A stretch of 44,509 nucleotides of DNA from Deltaproteobacteria bacterium (GTDB taxonomy: Bacteria; Myxococcota_A; UBA9160; SMWR01): assembly GCA_032128375.1 (NCBI GenBank), contig JAQBGU010000083.1, positions 1-44,509 of the forward strand, in the 5' to 3' direction. Positions 1 to 9,731 of this stretch are shown here, one piece after another. The position numbers and the translations under genes are program-made. Position 1 is the first letter of the stretch. Every line of letters begins with the position of its first letter. Under the pieces are notes generated by a model that saw nothing but the letters and a program-made list of their open reading frames with translations, did not search any database and was not told where the DNA came from.

Positions 1-613
1 CGCCATAGCTATTCTTGATGTTGGACGGCGAACGCCGCGTGGTGAGTCGACCGATCAGGTAACCCGACCTCGCGGGAGAACCGGATGCGCGGATCGCGCG
101 ATCCGCGCCGAACTGGCTGCGTCGGAGAAAGATCGCGCCGAGAACCTGATGATCGTCGACTTGGTTCGCAACGATCTCGGACGTGTCTGCGAGACAGGCA
201 GTGTCGAAGTCCCAGAGCTCATGGCGATCGAAAGTTACACCTCCGTCCACCAGATGCTATCCACCGTGACTGGCTTGCTGCGTTCGGATTTGAACGCGCT
301 CGACCTGATCCGCGCCACGTTCCCACCCGGTTCGATGACCGGCGCCCCGAAGATCGCCGCGATGCGCATCCTCGATGGCCTCGAGCCCGTTCGCCGGGGA
401 ATTTACTCGGGTGCGATCGGTTACTTCGACGTCCGCGGTGGCATCGACCTGTCTGTCGTCATCCGGACGATACTCGCGCAACGCGGTCGCGCATACATTC
501 ACTCGGGTGGCGGGATCGTGGCGGATTCAGACCCACTCGATGAGTGGGCGGAAGCGGCCGACAAAGCGAGGGTTCTCGAAGCCTTGCTCGACGAATTTTC
601 GCGATCGCGCTGA
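1..613 (+). CDS. pabB: Aminodeoxychorismate synthase component I, C-terminal part (5' truncated; TAG at 6-8 and a frameshift near 57-61)
   Basis: Motifs EKDRAENLMIVDLVRNDLGRV, FPPGSMTGAPK, RGIYSGAIGY, VVIRT and GGGIVADS. AEN rather than AEH favours PabB over TrpE. The main frame extends back to TRPRG at 62; upstream SP*LFL...SRPI lies in another frame. Confidence 0.85.
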   Translation, partial: AIAILDVGRRTPRGESTDQVTRPRGRTGCADRAIRAELAASEKDRAENLMIVDLVRNDLGRVCETGSVEVPELMAIESYTSVHQMLSTVTGLLRSDLNALDLIRATFPPGSMTGAPKIAAMRILDGLEPVRRGIYSGAIGYFDVRGGIDLSVVIRTILAQRGRAYIHSGGGIVADSDPLDEWAEAADKARVLEALLDEFSRSR

Positions 614-709
614 CCGAACGCGTGATGGGGGCTGACATGCCCGATCCGTCGAGCTTGCGGTACCTTGACGCGTCCCCCGGCTCGGCGAGCCGGAACCAAA
701 ATGGAAAGC

Positions 710-751
710 CACAGAATCGAAAATCACAGAATCGAAAATCACAGAATCGAA
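710..751 (+). repeat. 15-bp tandem repeat CACAGAATCGAAAAT, about 2.8 copies
   Basis: Units at 710, 725 and 740, directly upstream of the AGGAGG RBS of the CaiB gene. Confidence 0.9.
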
Positions 752-765
752 GCAGGAGGAACAGC

Positions 766-1905
766 ATGGGACCGCTCAACGGTGTGAGAATTCTTGAAAT
801 CGCAGGTATCGGCCCCGGACCCTTCGCATCGATGATGCTCTCCGATATGGGCGCTGAGATCCTGCGGATCGACCGCGCGCAGAACGTGCGAGGCGAGACC
901 GGTCCGCCGCCGCTCGACTTCTTGGCTCGAGGCCGTCGCAGCATTGGGCTCGATCTCAAGAACCCCGAAGGCGTCGAGATGCTGTTGCAGTTGGTTGAAC
1001 GCGCAGACGCGATTCTCGAGGGCTTTCGTCCTGGCGTGATGGAACGACTGGGTGTCGGCCCGGAGGTGTGTCTCGCGCGGAACCCTCGGATCGTCTACGG
1101 ACGCATGACCGGTTGGGGCCAGGAGGGCCCGCTGGCGCAGGTGGCCGGACACGACATCAACTACATCGCGCTGGCCGGCGCCCTCGAACCGATCGGTCGA
1201 AAGGGCCAGAAGCCGCTTCCGCCCCTCAACCTCGTGGGCGATTTCGGCGGTGGCGGGATGTTGCTCGCTTTCGGCGTTGCCTGCGCGTTGGTCGAGCGCG
1301 CCGCATCCGGTAAGGGCCAGGTTGTAGACGCCGCCATGGTAGACGGCGCTGCCGTGCTGATGGCAATCTTTCACGGTGCCGAGCAGTCGGGTTGGTGGAA
1401 GAACGAGCGCGGTACGAACATGCTCGACGGGGGTGCCCACTTCTACGACACCTACGAGACCGCGGATGGCAAGTATGTGTCGCTGGGATCGATCGAACCT
1501 CAGTTCTATGCCGAGTTGATTCAGAAGCTCGACCTGGCCGACGAGGATCTTCCCGGCCAGATGGATCGCTCCCAGTGGGAGTCGTTGTCAGAGCGATTCA
1601 CGAAACTTTTCAAGACCAAGACACGCGACCAGTGGTGCGAGATCCTCGAAGGCAGCGACGTTTGTTTTGCACCCGTACTGTCCATGTCCGAGGCGCGCGA
1701 ACATCCGCACATCAAGGCGCGGAATACTTTCGTCGAGGTGGCTGGCGCGCCACAGCCCGCCCCGGCGCCACGCTTCAGCCGCACCCCATGCGAGATATCG
1801 GCACCTCCCCCGCATGCCGGACAGCACACCGACGAGGCGCTCGGCGACTGGGGTTTCGACGCGTCCGAGATCGCACGCCTGCGAGAGAGGAAGGCGATTG
1901 CATAG
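766..1905 (+). CDS. CaiB/BaiF CoA-transferase family III protein, alpha-methylacyl-CoA racemase-like (379 aa)
   Basis: AGGAGG then ATG at 766. Motifs GIGPGPF, EGFRPGVMERLG, GRMTGWGQ, GHDINY, NLVGDFGGGG and PAPRFSRTP. Confidence 0.92.
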   Translation: MGPLNGVRILEIAGIGPGPFASMMLSDMGAEILRIDRAQNVRGETGPPPLDFLARGRRSIGLDLKNPEGVEMLLQLVERADAILEGFRPGVMERLGVGPEVCLARNPRIVYGRMTGWGQEGPLAQVAGHDINYIALAGALEPIGRKGQKPLPPLNLVGDFGGGGMLLAFGVACALVERAASGKGQVVDAAMVDGAAVLMAIFHGAEQSGWWKNERGTNMLDGGAHFYDTYETADGKYVSLGSIEPQFYAELIQKLDLADEDLPGQMDRSQWESLSERFTKLFKTKTRDQWCEILEGSDVCFAPVLSMSEAREHPHIKARNTFVEVAGAPQPAPAPRFSRTPCEISAPPPHAGQHTDEALGDWGFDASEIARLRERKAIA

Positions 1906-1935
1906 AGCGAGTTTGGCGGCTGCCCGGAGTTGAGC

Positions 1936-2160
1936 GTGCCCTACACCGTCGTGATTGATAAACAGATCTGCCAGAGTTCCGGAAACTGTGTCAATGATCA
2001 ACCCGGCGCGTTCGGGTTCGACGAAGACGATCTCGGTGAGGTTCTACCGGCGGCTTCCGGGCTACCGGGTGAACGCTTGCTGGCTATCGCAGCCCGCTGT
2101 CCTGCGATCGCGATCGGCATCTTCGATGAAGCGGGTGAGCAGCTCGAACTCAAGAGTTGA
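1936..2160 (+). CDS. Small ferredoxin, probable [3Fe-4S] type (74 aa; alternative TTG start at 1930)
   Basis: CQSSGNC...CP motif with Ser at the second ligand position. GGAG lies 6 nt before the GTG at 1936. Confidence 0.85.
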   Translation: MPYTVVIDKQICQSSGNCVNDQPGAFGFDEDDLGEVLPAASGLPGERLLAIAARCPAIAIGIFDEAGEQLELKS

Positions 2161-2163
2161 GAA

Positions 2164-2261
2164 CCAGAAGTTGAAAGCCAGAAGTTGAAAGCCAGAAGCT
2201 GAATGCCAGAAGTCGAAAGCCATGTGCTGAGAGTCATGAACTGAGAGTCATGAACTGAGAT
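2164..2261 (+). repeat. Seven 14-bp tandem units drifting from CCAGAAGTTGAAAG to TCATGAACTGAGAG
   Basis: Units start at 2164, 2178, 2192, 2206, 2220, 2234 and 2248, filling almost the whole ferredoxin-oxidoreductase spacer. Confidence 0.88.
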
Positions 2262-2272
2262 TGGAGGCATCG

Positions 2273-4456
2273 ATGGTCGAGACGAAGAAGACTTTCTGTC
2301 GGTTCTGCCACGTTTTCTGCGGTATGGAAGTCGATATCGAGGCTGGCAGGGTTGTCGCAGTTCGAGGTGACCGCGACAACGAGGTGACACGGGGCTACAG
2401 CTGCCAGAAGGGTCGCGCCGAGATTGAACGCATCTACCATCCGGATCGACTTCTCTCTGCGCAAAAGCGCAATGGATACGGATTTTCGCCGCTGAAACGA
2501 TCGCAGGCGCTCGACGAGGTAGCACAGCGGTTGGCCGAGATTGTTGCGGAGTACGGGCCGAATTCGGTCGCGGTCTACACCGGCTGCGGGGGACACCGCA
2601 CCTCTGCGGGCGGCCCCTGGTTCGTTCGCCGTTGGCTCGATGCGCTCGGTTCGAATCGGATGTACACGTCGTTTACCATCGACTCACCGAGCCTGGCGGT
2701 CGCCGGAAATCGTTTCTTCGGCGGCCCGCTGCCAGTGAGCTTGCTCGACGTGGATCGCGCCGAGGTCGTGATGTTCGTCGGCACCAACCCGGCCGCCTCC
2801 CACCAGCTCAACATGCCGCAATCGAGTCCATCGGCTCGAATCGCGAATGCACAGCGCCGCGGGATGAAACTGATCGTGATCGATCCGCGGCGTTCCGACG
2901 CTGCGCGTCACGCGGACATCCATCTTCAGGTCAAGCCCGGCGAGGATGCGACGCTGCTTGCGGCGATCGTACGCGTGATCCTCGAGCGAAATCTCTCGGA
3001 CCGGTCCTACGTCGAGAAGTACCTGAGCGGCGTCGAAGCACTGCGGGCGGCCGTCGATCCGTTCGATCTCGACTACGCGGCACGTCGCAGCGGAGTTCCC
3101 TCCGACTTGATCGAGCGCGCGGCCGTGATGTTCGCGACGGCGAAGACAGGGGGCGCACAATCGGGTACTGGGCTCCACATGGCGATTCATCACAACCTCA
3201 CAACGCAACTCGTGATGACGATCAATGGATTGTGTGGCCGCTACGACCGTCCCGGTGGCATGAACCGAAACGAGGGCCCGCTGGGCCGAAAGTTTGGCCC
3301 GGACATGCAGGGGGCCCGTCTCGCCGAGCCTCCGATGTCACGCATCCGGAACATCCCGGCGCTGAACGGCTTGTTTGGTTCCTACTTCGAAATGCCATCG
3401 AACACGATTACCGACGAGATATTGACACCGGGAGACGGACAGATCCGAGCCTTGATCGTCAACGGCGGCAACCCTGCATTGGTGTATTCCGACGAGGCCA
3501 AAACCGTCGAGGCGCTGAAGAGCCTCGACCTGTTAGTGGTTCTCGATCTGTTTCGCTCAGCGACGGCGGAATTCGCCGACTACATCTTTGCGGTGAAGCA
3601 TCCGTTCGAGCGGGTCGACGTGTCGAAGCTCATGGACGCCAACTATCCCTTCCCATTCGCTCAATACACTGATGCACTCGTTGAAGCGCCTAGCGAGACG
3701 ATCGAGGAGTGGCAGGTATTCTGGGAGTTGGCGATGAGACTGGGACTTCCGCTGCGGGTCGGGAAGCTACCGCCCGACACGCTACCGACCAGCGATGCGC
3801 TGCTCGATGCACTGAATCAGTACGCCCGCGTACCGCTCGATGTCCTGCGTAAACACCCGAGCGGATATGCCCTGGATGAGGTGAAGGCCCGGGAGGCAGA
3901 TGATGGGACGATCGAACGCACTACGACGGCGGGCGGTGTGATCCCCAACATGATCGGACACGATGACAAGAGAATGGCCGCCGGTCATCCAGACGTGATT
4001 GCTGAACTTGCCGCAGTGCGCGCGGAACCAGACGTGGTCGGGGGAGGTTATGCGGTCGGTGAAGACTTCGGCTTTCGGATGATCACGTATCGGATGAAAG
4101 AGGTGTACTGCTCTCAAGGGCAGAACCTCCCGTCCTTGGCAAGCAAGCGGTCGTACAATCCAGTTCTGATGCACCCCGAAGCGATGCGCGAGCTGGATCT
4201 TTCCGAGGGAGACAGTGTCGTGGTGGAGAGCGGCCACGGCCGCGTCGAGGGAGTTGTGGAGGGCAGCGAGTCGGTTGGACGCGGGACTATCGCGTTCGCA
4301 TTTGGTTGGGGAAATCCATCGGACCCGCGGAGCATGCGCGAAAAGGGGTCGAACGTTCAGCGTCTGATCCCGGCCGACCAGCGATACGACTCCGTCACCG
4401 GGTTGGCGCTCCAGAGCGCGATACCGGTGAACGTTCGCGCGGCGGCGACGAACTGA
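2273..4456 (+). CDS. Molybdopterin (bis-MGD) oxidoreductase, DMSO-reductase family, cytoplasmic (727 aa)
   Basis: N-terminal CRFCHVFC...CQKG Fe-S motif, GTNPAASH, VIDPRRS, GGNP and a C-terminal dinucleotide-binding domain (MHPEA...GRV). GGAGG RBS before ATG 2273. No Tat signal. Confidence 0.92.
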   Translation: MVETKKTFCRFCHVFCGMEVDIEAGRVVAVRGDRDNEVTRGYSCQKGRAEIERIYHPDRLLSAQKRNGYGFSPLKRSQALDEVAQRLAEIVAEYGPNSVAVYTGCGGHRTSAGGPWFVRRWLDALGSNRMYTSFTIDSPSLAVAGNRFFGGPLPVSLLDVDRAEVVMFVGTNPAASHQLNMPQSSPSARIANAQRRGMKLIVIDPRRSDAARHADIHLQVKPGEDATLLAAIVRVILERNLSDRSYVEKYLSGVEALRAAVDPFDLDYAARRSGVPSDLIERAAVMFATAKTGGAQSGTGLHMAIHHNLTTQLVMTINGLCGRYDRPGGMNRNEGPLGRKFGPDMQGARLAEPPMSRIRNIPALNGLFGSYFEMPSNTITDEILTPGDGQIRALIVNGGNPALVYSDEAKTVEALKSLDLLVVLDLFRSATAEFADYIFAVKHPFERVDVSKLMDANYPFPFAQYTDALVEAPSETIEEWQVFWELAMRLGLPLRVGKLPPDTLPTSDALLDALNQYARVPLDVLRKHPSGYALDEVKAREADDGTIERTTTAGGVIPNMIGHDDKRMAAGHPDVIAELAAVRAEPDVVGGGYAVGEDFGFRMITYRMKEVYCSQGQNLPSLASKRSYNPVLMHPEAMRELDLSEGDSVVVESGHGRVEGVVEGSESVGRGTIAFAFGWGNPSDPRSMREKGSNVQRLIPADQRYDSVTGLALQSAIPVNVRAAATN

Positions 4457-4524
4457 CGCTGCACCGAAGAATGTGTTATCGACCGCTTCGCTTCATGGCA
4501 TCGGGTCCAGTTGGTCAGCTGTCT

Positions 4525-5331
4525 TCAGATTCGGCGCAGTACGACTATCGCGCGACCCGGAGCGGGTGGGTTACTGCGAACCTCGAGGCTCCACTCGCTT
4601 ACGCCAGCTGCGCTGCGGCCCGATTCCGGGTGCCACGATTCGATCGTGAAGTGGCCGGCGGAATCGACTCGATCCTCGAGCCATTGGGAAGTCACCGCGC
4701 GCAGGTGGGTGCCGGAACCCCATGGCAGGGTGTGAAGGGTGCCCGAGTCGTCGACGTAGACGGCATCGTTTTCTGCCCGCACTTTGATGTCGTCACGCGA
4801 TTGTTCCCAGGTCTCCTCGGTCGTCTGAGCATCCGGTCGCACATCGGTTTCGAAGCCGAGATCGAGGACGTATATCCCACCGACCCGTAGCGCGGTGGCC
4901 ATGCTTTCGAGATGCGCCTCCGCCATCGCATCGCTCGTCAGCAGAAGAAACGAACTCAGTGGATTGAAGGCTGCACCGAATTCGCCTTCACAGCTGAAGT
5001 CGACCATGTCGGCGCAGTGGGTGCGCATCGCGATGCGCTGCTCGCTCGCCTGCTCACGCAGAAACGCGAGCATCGGTTCGCGGTTGTCGAGTCCGGTAAG
5101 TTTCCAGCCCCGCTGTGCCAGCACCCGCGCTACCTGACCGGTCCCGCAGGCGACCTCCAAGAGATCCTCTCGCTTGCCTATTTCGAAGCGTCGAAACGCT
5201 GATTCGTAAAAATCGGCTTCCTGGGTTCGGTCCCAGCTGAACAGGATGTCATAGTAAAGGGGGTGATCGTAGATGGTCTCAGTTTGCGTCGCGCATTTCT
5301 CGGCAGAGTTCTTCAGGGTGCAGTTCGGCAT
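4525..5331 (-). CDS. Class I SAM-dependent methyltransferase (268 aa)
   Basis: Motifs LLEVACGTG, GLD, ADM and LRVGGIYVLD. GGGAG RBS before ATG 5331. Confidence 0.88.
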   Translation of the reverse strand: MPNCTLKNSAEKCATQTETIYDHPLYYDILFSWDRTQEADFYESAFRRFEIGKREDLLEVACGTGQVARVLAQRGWKLTGLDNREPMLAFLREQASEQRIAMRTHCADMVDFSCEGEFGAAFNPLSSFLLLTSDAMAEAHLESMATALRVGGIYVLDLGFETDVRPDAQTTEETWEQSRDDIKVRAENDAVYVDDSGTLHTLPWGSGTHLRAVTSQWLEDRVDSAGHFTIESWHPESGRSAAGVSEWSLEVRSNPPAPGRAIVVLRRI

Positions 5332-5620
5332 GTACTTCTCCCGCAGCTGCGTTCGATGACGCTGTCGCTGCTGCAATTCTCAAAATCGCGTGCATGGGCT
5401 CGAGCGCAGCGATACGCGAACCGGGTATGAAACGGTTCTGGGCGGAAGTTGTGTTTGAACCGCCCCGTGCACCCGAAGGCAATTTCATCGAGAAGTCATG
5501 ATGATCGAACCTACCGCGAACGATCCGCCGATTCAAGCGAGAGAGGGGCGGTGCAGGCGCGCTCGCGGCCGACCGCCCCATCGGACCTGCAACGGCTGCG
5601 CAGCGAGCGCGATCGAGCGA

Positions 5621-7258
5621 TCAGTTATCGCTCTCAATTTCGACGCGGGCCGTCAGCATTTCCGTGAGTCTGCGTTTGTCGATTTTTCCGCTGTCGGTGA
5701 ACGGGAGTTCGCCGTCTCGGTAGAAAAAGATTCGACGCGGTACTTTGTAGGCCGATAGTTCAGCGCGCACGGCCGTCCGCAAGTCGTCCTCGCTCGCCTT
5801 CTTCCCCTGCTTCAAGACGACCGCGGCCGCGACGTTCTGGCCGCGCACCGGATCGGGCAAGCCGACGACGAACGCGGACTTGACTGTGTCGATGCTCTCC
5901 ATCACGACCTCGACTTCGCGGGGCGTGACGTTCGCGCCCGCTGTCTTGATCATGTCTCCGAGCCGCGCCTTGAAGAACAACACACCGTCAGTGTCAACGT
6001 GGCCCGCGTCACCTGTATGATAGAAGCCGCTGGCGTCGAACGTCTGTTCCCGCTCGATCTTGTGGAGACCCTGCATAACGCTGTAGCCGCGAACGCAGAT
6101 TTCACCTTCGGTCTCGGGCGCCAGGGCTTCGCCGCTGGCGGGGTCGACAATCTTGAGCGTGAGACCGGGCAGCGAGTGGCCAAACGAACCGCGCAGCGAC
6201 TCGGGGAGGTCGACGTCCATCCGGTCGATTGTGTGGGGTCCACCGGTCTCGGTCATGCCGAGCGAGTTCGACCGCAACTCCGGGTCCTTCGGCCGCACGG
6301 TTTCGGGCAGCACGTCGTACAGGTTCCCGCTTCGGATGGATGAAAGATCGCGCTCGACGAAACTCGGATGTTCGATCATGGCCTTCGAGTAGTGGGGCCA
6401 GCCGGCAACGACTGTTGCGCGCTCTCGCTCGAGCAGCGCGAGCGTCTCACCCGGTTCGAAGACCTCCTCGCACAGCATGAACGCACCGGCGTGCATCGCC
6501 GACATCAGCGTGAACACGAAGCCGCCGACCCAGAAAAACGGCATCGGCGAAAAAACGCGATCTTCCGAGTTGAGATCTCGAAAGGAGTTCAGGTTGAAAG
6601 CGTGGCGCACGATCGCGCCGTGCGAATGGATGGCACCCTTCGGGTCGGCGGTACTGCCCGAGCTGTAGATCACGACCATGGGGTCAGCCGGGGTAACGCA
6701 CGACTCGACGGCTTCGAGAAAAGTTCCGTCGATATGTGAGCTGGCGTCTGCGGAGCCGAAAAGCGCGCTTGCGGTCTTCGTCCAGGCTCGGTCGCACTCG
6801 CCCCAGACGAATACCTGCCGCAGCAATGGAAGCTCAGGCACGAAGATCTCGTGTGTTTGCCGGGCGAGGCCAGGTGCGAAGGACTCGAGCCGCTGGAGAT
6901 AGTCGTTGTTCAAGAATCGCGCCGATGTCAGCAGGGTGTGGACATCTGCGTGATGCATTACCCAGCCGAGCTCGTTCGGCATGTAGAACGTATTGAGTGG
7001 GACCAGTACTGCGCCGATCCGCGTCGCGGCGAGCCATGCGACGATCCAGTCCGGTCCGTTGGGCATCAACAGGCCGATTCGCGTCCCCTTCCCCGCGCCG
7101 GACGCCAGCAGGCCTCGAGCGAGCTTGGCAGATTCGTTGGCGACCTCGCGGTAGCTGAGGCGTTTGTCTCCCAGTAACACCAGCGGACGATCGGCGTAGG
7201 ATTCAAGCCGGGATCGGATGAAGTCGGGAATACGCGGAGAGTAATCAGGGAAGGGCAT
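5621..7258 (-). CDS. Acyl-CoA synthetase / AMP-binding enzyme (545 aa)
   Basis: YSSGSTADPKG P-loop, LGMTET, YHTGD, MIKTAGANV, AYKVP and GKIDK. Start placed at MPFPDY (7258). Confidence 0.92.
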   Translation of the reverse strand: MPFPDYSPRIPDFIRSRLESYADRPLVLLGDKRLSYREVANESAKLARGLLASGAGKGTRIGLLMPNGPDWIVAWLAATRIGAVLVPLNTFYMPNELGWVMHHADVHTLLTSARFLNNDYLQRLESFAPGLARQTHEIFVPELPLLRQVFVWGECDRAWTKTASALFGSADASSHIDGTFLEAVESCVTPADPMVVIYSSGSTADPKGAIHSHGAIVRHAFNLNSFRDLNSEDRVFSPMPFFWVGGFVFTLMSAMHAGAFMLCEEVFEPGETLALLERERATVVAGWPHYSKAMIEHPSFVERDLSSIRSGNLYDVLPETVRPKDPELRSNSLGMTETGGPHTIDRMDVDLPESLRGSFGHSLPGLTLKIVDPASGEALAPETEGEICVRGYSVMQGLHKIEREQTFDASGFYHTGDAGHVDTDGVLFFKARLGDMIKTAGANVTPREVEVVMESIDTVKSAFVVGLPDPVRGQNVAAAVVLKQGKKASEDDLRTAVRAELSAYKVPRRIFFYRDGELPFTDSGKIDKRRLTEMLTARVEIESDN

Positions 7259-7538
7259 GAACCCTTCTACACCAACGAGGACCGAATGAAAAGCGTCCGC
7301 GATCGATCGGACGCAGACAGATCCGGCCGATCCGGTCGAACCCCACAGCGCGCCTTCGCGGCCAGCGAGAACACTGTCGACGCGGCCGCGCGAGGCACGA
7401 AACAGACTATGCGTGGCACGGGTCTGGTCTGGTGAAGGGATGATCCGCGATGATTCGAACCCCGAAGCACTACTTCGTGCGTTGCCTGGCCTCTGACGCC
7501 TGAGTACCGTCGCGTGCGAGCCATGCAGGAGCCGCACA

Positions 7539-8684
7539 ATGGAATTTCACTGGTCCGCTGAAGATGCCGATTTCCGGGATGATCTACTCCGCTTCATGGC
7601 AGAGCACCTCCCGGAGAATTGGGAAGAGATTTCCAGGGGCGGCCCGGGCAGCGACGACCAGGCGGCGTTTTCTCGCCGGTTCTGTGCACGGCTCGCCGAT
7701 CGGGGCTGGCTGACGCAAAGCTGGCCCGCCGAGTTTGGTGGCAGCGACGCCCCGCCCTGGCGACACGCGATCCTCGGTGAAGAAATGTGGGCGGCCGGCG
7801 AACCGCGCGGCCCCCAGTACATGAACGTGAACTGGATCGGACCGACGATCATGCAGTACGGTACCGATGAGCAGAAGGCGACTCACCTGCCATCGATCTC
7901 ACGCGGCGATGTGTTGTGGTGCCAGGGCTTCTCGGAACCTGAGGCCGGCTCCGACCTGGTCGCGCTGCGGACGATGGCGATCCGCGACGGTGACGACTAC
8001 GTCGTCAATGGCACCAAGATCTGGACATCGTATGTCAACCACGCCCAGTATTGCTTCCTACTGGTTCGAACGGATCCCGAGTCGAAGCGCCACCGCGGCA
8101 TTTCGATCTTGTTGGTTCCGATGGACCTGGCCGGAATCGAGGTTCGGGAAATACCGTCGGTGGTCGGCGATCGCTACTTCCACGAAGTATTCTTTTCCGA
8201 CGTGCGCGTCCCGGTCAGATGCCGGCTCGGTCCTGAACACGACGGCTGGGACGTCGTTGCGTACTCTCTGCAATACGAACGGGTCGGGGCGGCGAGATAC
8301 GCCCGGGCGGCACGCATGCTCGATGCGTTGGCAAAATACGCCGGCGAGCATGGACTGCTGAGCGACCCGCAGACTCTCGAGAAACTCGGAGAAGCGCGCG
8401 CCGTGTGCGAGGCGTCACGGGTTCTGACCTACCGGGTGATCGACCTGCGGGCGCACGGCAGTCCACCCACCGCCGATACCAACGTTGCGCGTGTTGCGGG
8501 AACACTCGCTGAACGCGCCGTGGCTGATCTCGCAATGGAAATCTACGGAAGCGATGGGCTCGCATACGGGTCGTTCGCAGATTCGCATTTTCGGCTCGCG
8601 ATGACAGCCGGCGTCGCTGTCGGGACGACCGAGGTAAACTTGAATCTCGTCGCGGCCCGATTTCTGGGCCTACCGCGAGATTAG
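7539..8684 (+). CDS. Acyl-CoA dehydrogenase, catalytic-type subunit (381 aa)
   Basis: WCQGFSEPEAGSDL, NGTKIWTS, EVFF, GW, YER (candidate catalytic Glu) and GTTEV. Confidence 0.93.
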   Translation: MEFHWSAEDADFRDDLLRFMAEHLPENWEEISRGGPGSDDQAAFSRRFCARLADRGWLTQSWPAEFGGSDAPPWRHAILGEEMWAAGEPRGPQYMNVNWIGPTIMQYGTDEQKATHLPSISRGDVLWCQGFSEPEAGSDLVALRTMAIRDGDDYVVNGTKIWTSYVNHAQYCFLLVRTDPESKRHRGISILLVPMDLAGIEVREIPSVVGDRYFHEVFFSDVRVPVRCRLGPEHDGWDVVAYSLQYERVGAARYARAARMLDALAKYAGEHGLLSDPQTLEKLGEARAVCEASRVLTYRVIDLRAHGSPPTADTNVARVAGTLAERAVADLAMEIYGSDGLAYGSFADSHFRLAMTAGVAVGTTEVNLNLVAARFLGLPRD

Positions 8685-8735
8685 CCGGCGTCCGGACGCA
8701 GCAGAGAAAGTAGAAAAGCAGAGAATAGAAAGTCA

Positions 8736-9731
8736 ATGGACTTCGAACTCAACGGTGATCAACGCGCGATACTCGATTCGGTCGCGGCACTGCTCGATCA
8801 GCACGCGGGCGCTTCTCGAGCGATCGAACTTGCATGCAAGGCGGAATACGACCACAGCCTGGAAGCGGTACTGCGCGAGGCGGGGTTTTTGGACGTCGCC
8901 CTCGGCGACGAGACTGGATTTCTAGAGGCCGCACTCGTGGCGGAGGCCGTCGCGAGGGCCGGCGGTGTGATGGCCATCGCAGCGGCCACACTCGTCGCTC
9001 CTGGCCTCACGGGGCGCAGCCTTCCGGGACCTGTTGCGCTTGCCCGCGCCGATCAGTCCCGTCCGGATCAGTCGGGGCCAGTTCGATTTGCGGGTCACGC
9101 GCGAACACTGCTGGTCCTCGATGGCGAACAGGCACGTATCGTCACGCTCGAGTCCGGCGACACCGAGCCGACCGCATCCAATTACGGGTACCCGATGGCG
9201 TGCGTGTCGGGCGATGTACTGGGACGGGGCGAAGTCCTGGGTCCTGGTTCGGGTGCGCAGTTGGTTCGCTGGTGGCGGCTCGCGATTGCAGTCGAGACCG
9301 TTGGAACGATGAGCGCTGCGCTCGATACCACAGTGGAATTCGTCAAACGTCGCCGCCAGTTCGGCCGCGCGATCGGGTCCTTTCAGGCAGTCCAACACCG
9401 ACTCGCCGAGTGCGCGGTCCTTGTCGAGGGAAGTCGCTGGCTCGCCTACGAAGCGGCCTATCAGGATGAAACCGAGGGGGGGGTCGAGGAAGCCGGTGCG
9501 GCGGAGCACGCCGCGGTGCAACAGCGCGCCGCGACCGCGGCGGCTTGCGCAACGGCTGCAGCCGGGCGCGTGTTTGCAGAGACCCATCAGTTGACCGGAG
9601 CGATGGGTTTCACGCGTGAGCACGACCTCCACGTCTGGAGCATGCGATTGCAGGCGTTGCGTGTAGAACTCGACGGTGTGTCCGGTCACCGCCGCGCCGT
9701 CGCACAAGCGCGATGGGTCCAGAATCGTTGA
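8736..9731 (+). CDS. Acyl-CoA dehydrogenase, short partner-type subunit (331 aa)
   Basis: RRQFGRAIGSFQAVQHRLA and HQLTGAMGFTREHDL. Lacks the SEPxAGSD motif. Confidence 0.9.
   Translation: MDFELNGDQRAILDSVAALLDQHAGASRAIELACKAEYDHSLEAVLREAGFLDVALGDETGFLEAALVAEAVARAGGVMAIAAATLVAPGLTGRSLPGPVALARADQSRPDQSGPVRFAGHARTLLVLDGEQARIVTLESGDTEPTASNYGYPMACVSGDVLGRGEVLGPGSGAQLVRWWRLAIAVETVGTMSAALDTTVEFVKRRRQFGRAIGSFQAVQHRLAECAVLVEGSRWLAYEAAYQDETEGGVEEAGAAEHAAVQQRAATAAACATAAAGRVFAETHQLTGAMGFTREHDLHVWSMRLQALRVELDGVSGHRRAVAQARWVQNR

Noticed and set aside
544..765. N-terminal extension of the CaiB ORF with QNRKS repeats
   Set aside because: It overlaps pabB. Homology and a strong AGGAGG RBS place the start at 766, so the repeat is most likely non-coding.
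2164..2261. Possible CRISPR array (also considered for 27396-27545 and 44400-44459)
   Set aside because: The units are contiguous 12-15-mers with no unique spacers, and there are no cas genes.
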